Shown in pieces: positions 11,301 to 24,299 of a DNA stretch of 64,000 nt. A program made the translations under genes and the position numbers. The stretch comes from Lytechinus pictus. Its lineage: Eukaryota. The DNA lies in NCBI RefSeq assembly GCF_037042905.1, contig NC_087253.1, positions 21,018,001-21,082,000 on the forward strand, given 5' to 3'. Each line of letters starts with the position of its first letter. Within the stretch, counting starts at the first letter, position 1. The notes beneath the pieces are model-generated. The model was not told the DNA's origin and ran no database searches. It saw only the letters and a program-made list of their open reading frames with translations.

Positions 11301-13042
11301 AGATAAAACATCATTAGAAAAGTGCTTAAAATGTCTCGTTTTTTTCTCTGAATCAGGGGCAGAAATCTCTCCCAAAAAGTAGGGGGGGGGGGGCAAGGGG
11401 CTGGAAAATTTGACAAGCAAAAAAAATTTGTTCATGAATTCATATGACACTCGATCTCTTTTCGATCTCTTTTAAGACTTATTTTATTATTCATGCATTA
11501 CAGTTATAATCTGCTCTAGCTAACATAATGAGCATAATAATATAGGCTGATCAATCGAGCTGATTTCTCTTAGAAAGTTGTACAAGCAAATATTACCACT
11601 ATTCTTATTGAAGCGATGTTTCTTATGAGGTAGGCCTATACTGAATTATGACCTGAAATAAATTCAGACATTCCTACATTGTTTACTCTTAATTTTCATC
11701 TCATATTAAATTCACGAGTTGAATTAGTAGAGTAATCAGGCGTTACCATGGCAACATACCATTACCATGCATTCAAATGAACTTATATCCATGCAGAACA
11801 CTCTGTTGTTTTCGATATTTAATTCAAATGAATTGGTCAAACCTATATAGATTTTGGCATTTTCATTGTCATTTTCCACCATTCATCTTTTCCCACCATA
11901 ATGTTGATTTATGATGGCAATTCAATAAATGCCCCCAACGTCATTGGCCAAAGTTAATTTACCTTAAATTACCTTTGACCGTGGCATGACCTGAAACTCA
12001 CTATAGGATTTTCACTGACTCCCTTATTTCTAAGTTTCATGATAGCTATAAAAACCTGTAGGCCTATTTCAAACTTATGATTACATTTCACAAACTTATC
12101 CTGTTTTAAGATTTCAATGTTTACGACGCCGCCCGCGCGGCGCCGTCGGAAAAAGCGGCGCCCTGTCTCTGCAGGCAATCAAGACAAAGTGTATTTTTCT
12201 GCGGGAAAGATAAGCCGTTACCATGGCAATGGATCTTTTGCAAATACTTTGATGACTTGATAGGACTATATCTAGAAATTGAATTTGGAAGGCTTAAGAA
12301 TGATAGATTGGACCATTTAAATTGACAGGGTAATGTGCCATATAATATATATAGGCTCGATATGTTATTTTTTTTAAACATATTAATCAGTTGCCATGGC
12401 AACGGCGGAAGGAGGCATTTATGAAACTGGCAACAAGCGGATTCATGTTCAGCACCATCAAAATAGAGGAAATGACACAAAAAATCAGATTCTAAAGAAA
12501 AGTCTACTTGAAAAATTATGACAATTCCGTTTAGGCCCTATACTCTTACAATGATTATCATACACAATCAGGGTGAGCGGAGTTAGGGCAGGCTGCTATC
12601 TCAAGGTATGCCCTCGCTAATTCATTCACACAACAAATATTCATTCTAGAAAAATTTGTCATGACGACATATCAGGACCTCCCGCACCTACGACTCTCAC
12701 ATTTTCATTCATCATATAAAAATATAACATTTTTCACTGTTTTTAGGAGTTTTAAAAGTGATTGAAAAAAAACGTAATTTGGTGCAGTTGCGGTACAGTT
12801 GATCGAAGTTCAAACAGTTATCGGGTTACTTTACATTTAAAGCAGTATATCACGATGATTTATTAAGGGATTGATTTTATTTTTCCACACTTGGTTTTTT
12901 CATGTAATGGTCTCCTCTTGGCTGCTTAATTATGCGAGTATACTAAACAATAAGGAATTTGGGACGAATTTAAAATGATAATCATAATAAGCAGCGTGCG
13001 CATCGCGCTTGTGAGGGTGAGCGAGAATTGGGCAGCGTACGG
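8395..13042. mobile_element. 4.65-kb non-autonomous TA-flanked DNA transposon (Tc1/pogo-like CCGTA ends)
   Basis: TA-CCGTACGCTGCCCAATCGTCGCTCA ... TGAGCGAGAATTGGGCAGCGTACGG-TA; subterminal CCGCTCAC repeats at both ends. Confidence 0.75.
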
Positions 13043-13432
13043 TACCGGTAGTGGCGGTACCGGTAGGATGGGGGATCGGGTGTCCGGACACTTTATATTT
13101 TTGAAGCCTTCTTTTTTTGTCTTAAGACTACACTAAAAATATGAATTCAATAGTTGTAATCATCTTCTATTTTGTTCTCTATAATATTTTCTAAAATTTT
13201 GTACTAAAATTTGATGAAACTTCGCTTGTAATTTTTTCCAAATGACTTTCTAAAATTGATCGTCCGGACACACAACCTGTCCGGACACACAACAACTGGG
13301 TATACCGCTAGTGTAGGCAGCGCGCGGTACCGGTGGCGGACTAGTGAAGTGGAGCCTACACCGTACACGAACTAACGTTAAATCTAACGTTAGGCCTTAA
13401 CTTGATTTATTTGCTATTTCATTTTCACTTAC

Positions 13433-13583
13433 CGTAGCAGTTTCGCTGTCTTTATTTCTTTGTTCTGATTCCTGGCCCGATTTTCAGCTAGCGATCGAGA
13501 GATCCGTGGCTAGATCGACGATCTATATCTTGCACTTTTGCAGTTGAAATTACAATTTGCCACAAAGGCATAGCGCATGCGCA
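13433..13583 (-). promoter_or_regulatory. Candidate promoter plus non-coding first exon of the - strand HLH gene, with an NRF1/P3A2-type GCGCATGCGCA site
   Basis: Consensus donor CG|gtaagt at 13432, locally CpG-rich, NRF1 palindrome at 13573-13583. The link to the gene is inferred. Confidence 0.3.
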
Positions 13584-13886
13584 GTATATAGCTTTGACCA
13601 ATTGAAAAAAAAAAGCAACCGTATTTTTGGTCACATTGGCCCGAATTCACAAAAGAAGTTTAAACCATGGTCGAGGTTTAAACTTTTTTTGTGAATACGG
13701 GCCATTAGGCCTATATTATAAATATAGTTCCGCGCAAGCTAGTGCTACATGGGCCTAGCTTAACCTGGGAGCGTTTCATCATTCATGTATGTTAAGTTGT
13801 CTGAAAACATCTGAAAACTTAACTTGATTCTGATTGGCTGAGAGGCACTGTTACTATAGTAGTTGTCGGATAGAACGTCCGACCCC

Positions 13887-14945
13887 GGGGGGGGGGGGGG
13901 GGTAACTCTCCACATGGACTGCTATACCCACCCGTGTCCGACAACCTCAGAAATGCACCCTAAATGGCTTAACTACATTAACTAAATTTGCAACCCTAAA
14001 TGGCGTAACCCATGAGAAAAGCCACCCTAAGTGGCGTGAACAGGGAAATCCTCTAATTTGATATACCCTAAGTGGCAGATCGAAATCGATTATACTGATA
14101 ACTGATGCTAAAAACAACAGGTATATAAATTCCATTTTTTTAAGTTACTGAAATTGAAAGTAAGACCAACGTGATTACTCTCATGGACACCCCTAGCCAC
14201 TCTGAATAGCCATATCTTTTAGCCTAAATTAATGAATAGGCCTACAAGTGAAAAATGTTGCTTGCCTTGACTGACTGATGCATCACTTGGATCTAGAATT
14301 CATTTTACAAATTTTATCATATCTTGAAAAAATTGAATCCATTCCAGTTAATAGTTTTGCATTACTTGAACCTATATCTTCTTTTTTATTTTGTTTTTAT
14401 TGATAATAAAAAGCAAATCAATATACAGTATGAATCAATCAAAAAAGAGAAAAAACAAAAACCCAGCATTACCAACATTTCCCCTTTACATGTAGATCTA
14501 CAGGTATTCATTCAAGTAAAGTAGTAAACTTGTATCTAGCTAGGACTGTAGGCCTACGGGGGTAACTCTCATAAGTGCTGCGCTGGCCGGCGTGCCGGTG
14601 CGAGGATTATTTTGTATCCCTTAAAATCACGCCCTTCATGGTGTTTATGGCTAAGGTTTGCTCTCGGATCTCCTTTTGCCCAAACTTGCAACCCTAAATG
14701 GCGTAGATCTACTCAAATTTGTACCCATAAGCTCCATAACCAAATTAGTAACCCTAAATGGCGTGAAGAGCGAGAGAAAAAGCTATACCCTAATAGGCGA
14801 TTTATCAGCTAAGGGTGCTAAATGGCTACCCTTTTTGCTAAAGACATCGACGACGCCTGAGTGCCCGAAACTGGACCCTTTTTCGACGCTTTTTCTGGAC
14901 GCGGGTGCGTAGCAGATGTGGAGAATGATCCCCCCCCCCCCCCCC
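13887..14945. mobile_element. Poly(G)/poly(C)-ended inverted-repeat element with iterated ACCCTAA(A/G)TGGC motif
   Basis: G-run..CTCCACAT / ATGTGGAG..C-run ends; about 7 motif copies; splits a Harbinger-like MITE. Confidence 0.55.
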
Positions 14946-16182
14946 ACCGAGCGCCCGACAACCCCTTTCATGGAACGTATGTTACATAATGAGTCAGATC
15001 AAAGGAAACTTTTACAGCTATACCGTTATGCAACTTGATCCTACAACAAGGGCCGAGGGCCAGGCGCACCGGAACACTTTTTAGTATCATTTTATTTATT
15101 TATTTATTTATTCTTATTATTTGAGAGCAAGAACATGCTTTTTCCTCGACATTTCCCCCGATCGGCCGCTTTGAAGTTTATTTTTTTATTTTTTTTGCTG
15201 GTTTTTTTAAGGCTCTGAGGGGACACTCCTATAGAATCTAGACTGGACTGAAGGTTTAGCTAGGACCTAAGTACATCTGAGCTCATAATTTCTACAAACA
15301 AGATAAGGTTGGCCTATAGGCCTACTATCTCATAAGGTCATTTCAATTAAAAATATTACGTGATAAGTCACTGCGAAGGGCTATACTCATAATTTATGAA
15401 AACTTGCCTAAAAACCTATTCCAGGGTGCTGAGAACGATTTTGAAATTAAGGGGTGCTGGGCTGGGTGTTTTGTTAGGAGGTTGTCGTCAGACTGAATGT
15501 GACAAGCGTCCCCCCCCCCGAATTTTTCTAAGGGTATTTCTCCAAAATATATCATGCAACATATTTTTTTTTCTTTTTGCTTGTCAACCTGGTTATAAAA
15601 AATACTTGTATTCGAAGAACGCGATGCCATACCATCTATAGGCCTATACGCTCTTAATTTAGATCTACTTACAAGCCTTGACCCGAGTCAGCCAGGATCG
15701 AAAATCTCACATTTTTCAGTTATAAAATCGACAATTTTAGACAAGAAAGGTGTCATTATTTTTTTTTTGTCTTTAAGTAATTGATTAGTTTTATCACTTT
15801 TAGGGGGCACATGGGACCAAACCTTTTGTCCCCTCCCCCACTTCCGGCGCCCCCGCCCAAAGTTAAACAAATGTCAGCTCATGCAACTTTTATGTAGCTA
15901 CTGTGTAGGTGACATTATGTGGCATTATGTGTCGACTGACATAGTATAATTTATAATTGTATGAAATTTTACCCCTCAGTTAATTTTTATTCTTTATAAT
16001 TATATTGTGTTCAGTTTTGAGTCGGATTGTGTTCTTAATTAATAGGATTATTTGAATTTACACACATGATTATCGACCCGTATTAAAGTATTATTCGCCG
16101 ATTATCTCTATATTCGTAATGGTGTTTTCACTTTCAGTTTCTTTGTTGTTCTTTTACTGAGATATCTTGTACTATATACTCT

Positions 16183-17151
16183 GACTTTTTTTTCTTCTTT
16201 CTTATAGCGCTTTGAAACTTCCGTATAAAGCGCTTTATAAATTTTGTAGATCATTATAATTAACAGCTTATATACAGGTACATACAGCTTCCTTTGTTCT
16301 GATAGGCCACATAAAACTCTACAAAATAATCAACTCATCCATTCCTTAGGGCAGTAGGCCCTGCATCAAATATCACTAAGGGCACCATCACAGTATCAAT
16401 AATATACGCCCTCATTCGAGGCTCTATAATAATGACAAAAAAACTAGCTATAATACGCGCCCCACCCCACCTTCCCAAGTTCACAACACACGACGACACA
16501 CAATGACGCAGCAATTATGACCTCTCCCTTTACTAGTAGATTTACAAAGATTCAGATTCAGATTCATTTCGGTTTATTGCAAGAAGTTCCTCGTTAACAC
16601 AGTCGAGAGACTGAAACAAACAAAGGTTACAAAGTAATCATAAATGTATATTAGTGAAATAAGTGAATCTAAATACAAGAAGTGAAATAATGATAACAGT
16701 GAATTGTTCAATATGAATGATTTAGCCATATTGCACTACAGAGTATAAATTAAATATAATATATATACATATGGGAACACTATGTACTCTTACTTTTTTT
16801 TCTTCTTTCTTATAGCGCTTTGAAACTTCCGTATAAAGCGCTTTATAAATTTTGTATATTATTATAATTAACAGCTTACAGGTACATGTATATACAGCTT
16901 ACTTTGTTCTGATAGGCCAAATGAAACTCTACAAATATGCAACTCATCCCTTCTTTAGGGCAGTAGGCCCTACATCAAATATCACTAAGGGCACCATCAC
17001 AGTATCAATAATATACGCCCTCTTTCGAGGCTCTAATGAAAACTCAGCTATAATACACACCCCACCCCTACCTTCCAAGTTCACAACACAACTAAAACAC
17101 ACAATGACGCGGCAATTATTATTTTTTACCCTTTTCATGTAGATTTACAAA
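16183..17151 (+). repeat. About 360-bp direct duplication upstream of the PTGR1 TATA box
   Basis: About 16183-16549 and 16791-17151 are near-identical (TTCTTATAGCGCTTTGAAACTTCC...AGATTTACAAAG). Confidence 0.85.
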
Positions 17152-17185
17152 GGATCATGGCTGGTTGCTTATCCCGGCCGTTGCC

Positions 17186-17193
17186 TATATAAG
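17186..17193 (+). promoter_or_regulatory. TATA box of PTGR1
   Basis: TATATAAG 108 nt upstream of a strong-context start codon (accATGg). Confidence 0.5.
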
Positions 17194-17293
17194 CTCGTCC
17201 CATTCAGTTAACAATTCACCGGCTTAATTGACAGTCAAGCGATCACATTATACCTACCTATACAGGGGTTGAGATCAACCAACAATAATCACC

Positions 17294-17405
17294 ATGGCTG
17301 CTGTGTCGGGCAAACGGTTTGTGTATGCCAAGGCCTTCGACGGAGATGTGAAGGATTCGGATTTCCGTCTCGAAAAGATTCAGGTTCCTGCACCCAAAGA
17401 TGGAG
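17294..17405 (+). CDS. PTGR1: Prostaglandin reductase 1 (MDR family), coding exon 1
   Basis: MAAVSGKRFVYAKAFDGDVKDSDFRLEKIQVPAPKDG; donor G|gtaag, phase 1. Confidence 0.92.
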
Positions 17406-17896
17406 GTAAGGGTTTCTTTAGTTTTCCCTTTATTTCCCCAAACGTAGTATTAAAAAGAAATCATCATGGAACTTCCTTTTAAAACAATAAATGAAATCAT
17501 AATGTAAAAAAAATATCATTTTAAAAAACCGGACGACTCAAGGTTTCCAAATGTTGATTCAGTTTTAGTTTTAGATAAGACACCCGTTTAAACAAGAAAA
17601 AAAACTTTTCTATATTCCCAATTTTTCATTACTTTGATTCCATTTTGGGACGCCCCTATACAGCCCCACTATATACAAAATTAATTATGATTCTTTGGTT
17701 GGGGGGGGGGGGCGAAAAAGAATTTTAGTACATCATATATTTTGAAGCAAGATAAAGACAGTCTACTGGATTCTAAAAGAAAAGATAGGCCTATTCGATC
17801 AAATGTGATGGGTTAAATAAGTGCATGTTAAAAAATTCCCCATCAGAATACAAATATTAATTTTAAATCTGTATATGTTTTTAAATGTCTTTCCAG

Positions 17897-17942
17897 AGGT
17901 TCAACTCGAAGCCATGTATCTGACTGTAGACCCATACATGAG
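17897..17942 (+). CDS. PTGR1: PTGR1 coding exon 2
   Basis: ttccag|, EVQLEAMYLTVDPYMR (DPYMR signature), AG|gtaag. Confidence 0.93.
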
Positions 17943-18129
17943 GTAAGAAACTCACCCTTTCACAGTAAGAATACAACCAAGAAGTACGGTAGTGAGCAAA
18001 CCTTTTCGAGCGGCGGGGAGAAGTCATGACGTCTGGCTAGAATTTGTCAAAATCTGCGAGAACAAAATTTTTGACCTCATTTTTTCAATATAATAATTTT
18101 GTGATAGATTTTAGCGTAATATTTAGAAA

Positions 18130-18703
18130 NNNNNNNNNNNNNNNNNNNNNNNNNNNNNNNNNNNNNNNNNNNNNNNNNNNNNNNNNNNNNNNNNNNNNNN
18201 NNNNNNNNNNNNNNNNNNNNNNNNNNNNNNNNNNNNNNNNNNNNNNNNNNNNNNNNNNNNNNNNNNNNNNNNNNNNNNNNNNNNNNNNNNNNNNNNNNNN
18301 NNNNNNNNNNNNNNNNNNNNNNNNNNNNNNNNNNNNNNNNNNNNNNNNNNNNNNNNNNNNNNNNNNNNNNNNNNNNNNNNNNNNNNNNNNNNNNNNNNNN
18401 NNNNNNNNNNNNNNNNNNNNNNNNNNNNNNNNNNNNNNNNNNNNNNNNNNNNNNNNNNNNNNNNNNNNNNNNNNNNNNNNNNNNNNNNNNNNNNNNNNNN
18501 NNNNNNNNNNNNNNNNNNNNNNNNNNNNNNNNNNNNNNNNNNNNNNNNNNNNNNNNNNNNNNNNNNNNNNNNNNNNNNNNNNNNNNNNNNNNNNNNNNNN
18601 NNNNNNNNNNNNNNNNNNNNNNNNNNNNNNNNNNNNNNNNNNNNNNNNNNNNNNNNNNNNNNNNNNNNNNNNNNNNNNNNNNNNNNNNNNNNNNNNNNNN
18701 NNN
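18130..18703. other. Assembly gap
   Basis: N run. Confidence 1.
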
Positions 18704-18776
18704 TGTTCGTAAAATTTTGTGGGTCCATAGACCATGGCTCCAAATCTGTACACTAGTGCAGTCAAGGGTCTTCTAT

Positions 18777-18915
18777 CAGGGGTCCGTTGCAGAAAAAGTT
18801 GCGTTTAAAAATCAACCGCAAGTCACAAATGCGCGCTGTTAATTGGTTGAAAATCAAGTTTCGAATGATTCTTAGAGTTGCGATTGATTGCAACTCTTTC
18901 TGAAACGGGCCCCGG
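18777..18915. mobile_element. Palindromic MITE (Harbinger-like)
   Basis: GGGTCCGTTGCAGAAA...TTTCTGAAACGGGCCC inverted ends. Confidence 0.6.
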
Positions 18916-19819
18916 GTCTTTTTCGAGGGACCTAAAGATAAATTGGGGGTAGGGAGATGGGGGTGGTCTGGAGGCCTGATGCATGACTTGGGATGCCAGC
19001 TCAATACGTGGTTTTAAGCAGTAACCATATAAGCCACTGAAATCACGAAATTTCAGATGTTTTTGTGATAGTTCAAGAAGTAATGCTTGTAAAAGGTGGG
19101 AACCAAAGTGTATATAAAAAAGAATCTTCTGTTCTAAATTTGAATGTGCAATGTCATTTTTGACATAATTGTAGGCCCTATCATTACTGGATTAAGTGAT
19201 ATAAATCATTTTTGTATGTTAAGAGAAAATATGTAAACACCTGACAGTAAATTCATATTTAGTATTTAGGCCTATTTTTGTTTTTCATTTTCCTTGTTTC
19301 TTTTTCAAATTTGTTTCATAGCAATGAAATCCAATCGTTCGTTTTCCGGGTCACAAACACCACACAATGCATGACCTCCCGTAAAAGTGTAAAGCATTAA
19401 AGGGCAGTCAAGCTTTTGTATATTTGGTTATGTGTTTGTGTGTGAAAGAAGAAAAGTCCAGAATCAGAAACCGGTCAGTGCCGGAATTAAAAAAATAGAG
19501 CTTGAAACTTGAAATCACAAAAACCTACACAAATGATGGTCTTATTTTGTATTTCCATTAATCAATAATATTATATGAAAGATTGTGACAGAGACAAATA
19601 TTTTGGCCCTTTACTTGCATGGGGCATTAGGTTGGCTTATAATTTAGTCATGTGAAATGAACAATTTAATCATTAGGCTTTTATTTCCTTAATACATAAA
19701 TGCATCACATTAAAATTGTTTAACATACTTAATATCAATATAATCATTCGAGCAAAATGGATGGTATAACTGATAATAATAACAATAATAATACATATGA
19801 TTTATATTGCGTCTTTTTA

Positions 19820-19960
19820 ATAATAATAATAATATAGGGTATTTATATTGCGCACATATCCACCTTGTTAGGTGCTCAAGGCGCTCCTATATTACCCGGC
19901 TAAGCTAGGCGTTCATAGCGCACACAGCTTTTTAAGGAATAACTTCCTACCAGTACACAT
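19820..19960 (-). mobile_element. 3' half of a SINE inserted in the L2 tail
   Basis: AGCGCCTTGAGCACC...GCGCAATATAAAT + (TAT)n tail. Confidence 0.5.
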
Positions 19961-20410
19961 TTTTCATTTTGATTAAATGCTCACGGCGCTTAGAAGAGAG
20001 TAAAACATAAAAGTAAAGATAACTTAGAGAAGAACATGAAAGGGTAAATTACAAATGATGAAAAATGTTGGTCTTCCAACTTAGTAGGCCTACCTGCTGG
20101 TGAACAAATGCAATTTTAGGTTGCCCTTAAAGGATGTTGCAGAGTTCCTTCAGCTCCTGTGGTAGTGAATTCCACAGGGCTGGTCCAGTATGAGCAAAGG
20201 ATCGATCGCCCCAGGATTTTTTAGATGGTGTATAGATGAGACTTGATTGTAATCGGGTGCGGATCCATTGATGATATGATAAACCAAATGTAGAATTTCG
20301 AAAACTATGCGATCCTTAATGGGCAACCAATGGAGGCCTTTTATAACATTGTTACATCGATGTTCACCAAACTTTAAAAGCACTGTGTACAAACCATTTT
20401 TAAGTCGCAA
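19960..20410 (-). mobile_element. L2-type LINE 3' fragment
   Basis: GLHWLPIKDRIVFEILHLVYHIINGSAPDY is the typical L2 ORF2 C-terminal motif. Confidence 0.7.
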
Positions 20411-20583
20411 TATTCCTCATGAATATTATTGAGTGTCAGATTTCCTGAATGATTCCACCTTTTTCACCCTGATTGTTTCTTGTTGTAAAATAATATATTC
20501 AATCAGATGGGCACTTAAATTTCTTCTAAAAATAAGATTATTGTCTAAAATAGTGGATCTGTTTCGTTTAATGGCAAGATTTT

Positions 20584-21150
20584 TTAAAGGTCAAGTCCAC
20601 CCAAGGAAAATGTTGATTTGAATAAATAGAGAAAAATAAAACTAATATTACGCTGAAAATTTCATCAAAATCGGATGTAAAATAAGAAAGTTACGCATTT
20701 TAAAGTTTCGTCTATTTTTCACAAAACAGTGATACTCAGTGACATGCAAATGAGTCAGTCGATGATGTCCATCACTCACTATTTCTTTTCTTTTTTATTG
20801 TTTGAAATATACAATATTTCATTTATTACAAATTTGACAATGATGACCAACTTGACTGAACCATTCAGTATCAAACAATGCTAATTCCACATGTTCAGGG
20901 AGGAATTAATCATTGTTTTACTCGACAATGAGAAGAAAATTAGAATATTTCATATGTCATATAATGAAATACAAAATAAATAGTGAGTGGATGACGTCAT
21001 CAGTCTCCTCATTTGCACACCGACTCGGGACCCGGGATGTGCATATAACTGTTTAAGTGAAACTTTAAAATGTCATAACTTTCCTATTTTACATCCGATT
21101 TTGATGAAGTTTTCCGTGTTATGCTTGTTGGATTTTTCTCTATTTGTTCA
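20584..21150. mobile_element. Kolobok/T2-type foldback MITE, right end truncated
   Basis: TTAAAGGTCAAGTCCACCC start and inverted arms. Confidence 0.75.
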
Positions 21151-21767
21151 AAGGTTTACCTTACTTTCTCAACGACCTAGATCAAACAGATATCAAGTTG
21201 AATGCAACCCTTACAGTTGATTGACAAGTTTAGATGTATTATATCATCCCACACTCATCTGCAAGAATCAGATCAGTAATCAATTGGAAGACATTGACAT
21301 GTGATTTCATTTTCTAAAATCTTATTGTTCATGATAATGAATCAAATTTTGAAACCCATCTACCACCCCTGTCCCACCTGCCTACCACCCCCTTGTGTAT
21401 TAATTCAGTAATATATTCAGCGATGCAATGGTTTTTATTTCAGTCAATTTTGATCTACCACCTCGGGATTTTCATTGTTACTCAATGTCGTGTGCATTCG
21501 GCTGGAATTATGTATTTTAGTAGGCATCAACGATGTATTTTTGTTTAATTATTTTAATTGGTCAAATTCATCGAGCTTTTGATCAATCTTCATTCATTTA
21601 TCAATTAGGTCATATAAAGGCTGTTGTACACCATGGTCTTCAATACCATTAAAACAAAAACACTCCCCATAATACCGTAAATTATCAAAAAAAAATATTT
21701 TGTTCGTAATATACAGTAGACTTTATGTTACAAGGTAGTTGGCAGGAAAGCAATCTTTTTATCGCGA

Positions 21768-22130
21768 TAATAAATAATAATAATAATAATAATAGCCAAT
21801 TTTTATAAAGCGCTTTTCCCAGAATGGCTCAAAGCGCGTTACAGCATATTATTACCCCGGTCATTGGATTCATTTCAATCCCGCACGAAAAGTGCACAAT
21901 TTCCACTCCCTGGGGAGCATTCCTTGCATTCATCGCAGCCTCATTATGGCGCTGGCAAAATCAAACATACAATATCTTTCGCATCCTACCGGGTACCCAT
22001 TTAGCACCTGAGTCGAGAGTGGCAAAGTGTGGATTAACGCCTTGCCAAAGGACGCTAGACCGCGGTGGGATTCGAACACATGACCCTCTGTTTACAAGGC
22101 GAGAGTCAGAACCACTACACCACGGCTCTT
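21768..22130 (-). mobile_element. tRNA-derived SINE, full length
   Basis: A box TGGTGTAGTGG, B box GTTCGAATCC, central CAGGTGCTAAATGGGTACC domain, L2-like tail and (TAT)n. Confidence 0.85.
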
Positions 22131-22287
22131 CAGAAATAAAGGTGTCATCTCGGGCTGGAATCTAGGGTAAAATCATGGCTCACGTCACATATTCATATCA
22201 TTCAAGCCGCAGGGAATGCAAGTCATTGATGTTAATATTTGTTAATGTGCAATGAATGTTTGTTTATCTTTCTCGGTTGATGTGAGC

Positions 22288-22520
22288 CAGGGGTGGATCC
22301 AGGATTTTTCCCGGGGGGGGGGGGGGCATTTTTGTCCAATTTTTTCGACAAGCCCCTCCCCCAATAAAAACGTCTTCAAAATGTCATTAACGGCACGAAA
22401 AATTGACAAGCAAAACCCCCCAAAAGGTCTTCACTTTGCACACATACACACAAAATGATGTATTGCTTTCAAGGGGGGGGGGGGCGCATGGGCCGGATGT
22501 ACCCCCTGGATCCGTCACTG
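22288..22520. mobile_element. hAT-type MITE, same family as 907-1123
   Basis: CAGGGGTGGATCCAGG...CCTGGATCCGTCACTG; TSD-like atgtgagc/atataagc. Confidence 0.7.
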
Positions 22521-22859
22521 ATATAAGCTATTGTTTCCGACGGTTTGAGGAGAGATCGTTGGTTTGGATAGTGCACGCTTTCCTAGCATGGGGAAGATGA
22601 ATGACTTAGCAAAAATATGGATTACATAGACCACATTAAACATGTTCATTTGTGGTAAGGGTAAACCGGAAGGGATGCAGGCATAATCCAGGGACTGTTT
22701 GTAGAGCTCTTTAACCCTGCTATGAAATTAATGATTTATACCGACTTATTCATAGATAAACATAAACAATCTATATACATAACATAATATAACAAATTAT
22801 AACATAATAACAAATAGATCTACTCGTGGTAACTAGACGGCACTTTCGTGACTCTTCTA

Positions 22860-23092
22860 AATAATGATGGTGATGGTGGTAGTGGTGGTGGTGGTTGTTG
22901 TGGCGGTGGTGGTGATGATAACGATGTCAGTAGTGATAGTTGTGGTGGTAGCGGTGATGATGATGATGGCGGTGTTGGTATATGATGATGGTATAATGAT
23001 GGTGGTGGCGATAATGATGACGGTGATGATGATGATACTGATGATGATGTTGATGATCATGGTGATAATGATGATAAAATGATAATGATAAA
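22860..23092. repeat. Imperfect (GAT/GGT)n microsatellite
   Basis: Read directly. Confidence 0.9.
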
Positions 23093-23189
23093 TGAATGGC
23101 AATGGCGAGAATAATATTGGTTGCATTATAGCCAGCAAATAGAGCCACTATTGCCCTGATTGAAATCACCTTTCCTACTTATGATGATG

Positions 23190-23344
23190 NNNNNNNNNNN
23201 NNNNNNNNNNNNNNNNNNNNNNNNNNNNNNNNNNNNNNNNNNNNNNNNNNNNNNNNNNNNNNNNNNNNNNNNNNNNNNNNNNNNNNNNNNNNNNNNNNNN
23301 NNNNNNNNNNNNNNNNNNNNNNNNNNNNNNNNNNNNNNNNNNNN
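23190..23344. other. Assembly gap
   Basis: N run within (GAT)n. Confidence 1.
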
Positions 23345-23992
23345 GATGATGATGTAGAATATTCAAGATTTATCGTGATATCGGACAGCGATAAAGCTGA
23401 CTTTAGCTGCCTGCTCGACATTGAACCATTTCGATCAACGATAGTAACCAACTCTTTGAGAGCAGTGTATATTCATAACAAGAACATAGGCCTGTAGCGC
23501 TGGTACATATATTCTTTAAATCATTTTTTTGGGTCGTCTATATTTGATTTAACAAGACGTATACTGTACTCGAATTAGCAAAGAATCATATTCATGTAGG
23601 TTTACTCTAATTGAGTCTGGAAAGTATAGGCCTACTCTTTCACGGGGAACAAAATTTTTCATACTCGACAAATACCCTTTCATATTTCAATCATTCATTT
23701 GCAGACTAAAATGACTTGCAAAATGAAAAACAGTTATGACGACAAAAGCGGACTTATGTTTTAATGCCATTTAAATTTATGTTATCTTAATTTATCTTAT
23801 TGATCTAATGTTTATATTAATGATTTTTTTTTTAATGAGAGAACTTTTTATTAGGAACTTTGGTACCTTTTGCTATCCCTGGCCTCTGGTCGATTGGTCT
23901 TTCAATTTTATTGTACTCACATTTTCTTGTATTGCTTCTGCTAGAAATGAAAAAAAAAACAATAGTAATAATGCGGATATAAAAAATCGTCT

Positions 23993-24066
23993 TCATCATC
24001 ATCGTTATCGTCATTATCATCATCATCATCATCATCATCATCACCACCATCATCATCATCATCATC
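23993..24066. repeat. (CAT)n microsatellite
   Basis: Read directly. Confidence 0.9.
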
Positions 24067-24089
24067 CCATAGTTGCATTAGTAGTATAA

Positions 24090-24257
24090 TACCTCAGTCA
24101 CATTTACTCATTTACTGTACGGCGGCCGTATCCGGCGAGTCGAAAACAACCGTTTTAACATGTTTTGTACCAGCTATAGTTTTACATAATATAAAACTGA
24201 AAAAAATGTTGTGTTCGACTCGCTGTACGCCACCATATAGCAAATGTGACTGAGGTA
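24090..24257. mobile_element. MITE with TACCTC(A/G)GTCA termini
   Basis: Long inverted arms; second copy at 33208-33375. Confidence 0.7.
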
Positions 24258-24299
24258 TGAATGCCCGTTATTCAAAATAAACTGCAAATATCCCTTGTC

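Noticed and set aside
6600-14300. Canonical retinoic-acid response element near the STRA8-like start
   Set aside because: No convincing DR2, DR4 or DR5 seen by eye, so RA regulation is not supported from this region.
18044-18765. ORFs spanning N gaps (also 23160-23451 and 33549-34008)
   Set aside because: Artefacts of N translation.
22050-22130. tRNA gene (also 25336 and 63100)
   Set aside because: The A/B boxes are SINE heads followed by SINE bodies and tails; no full cloverleaf.
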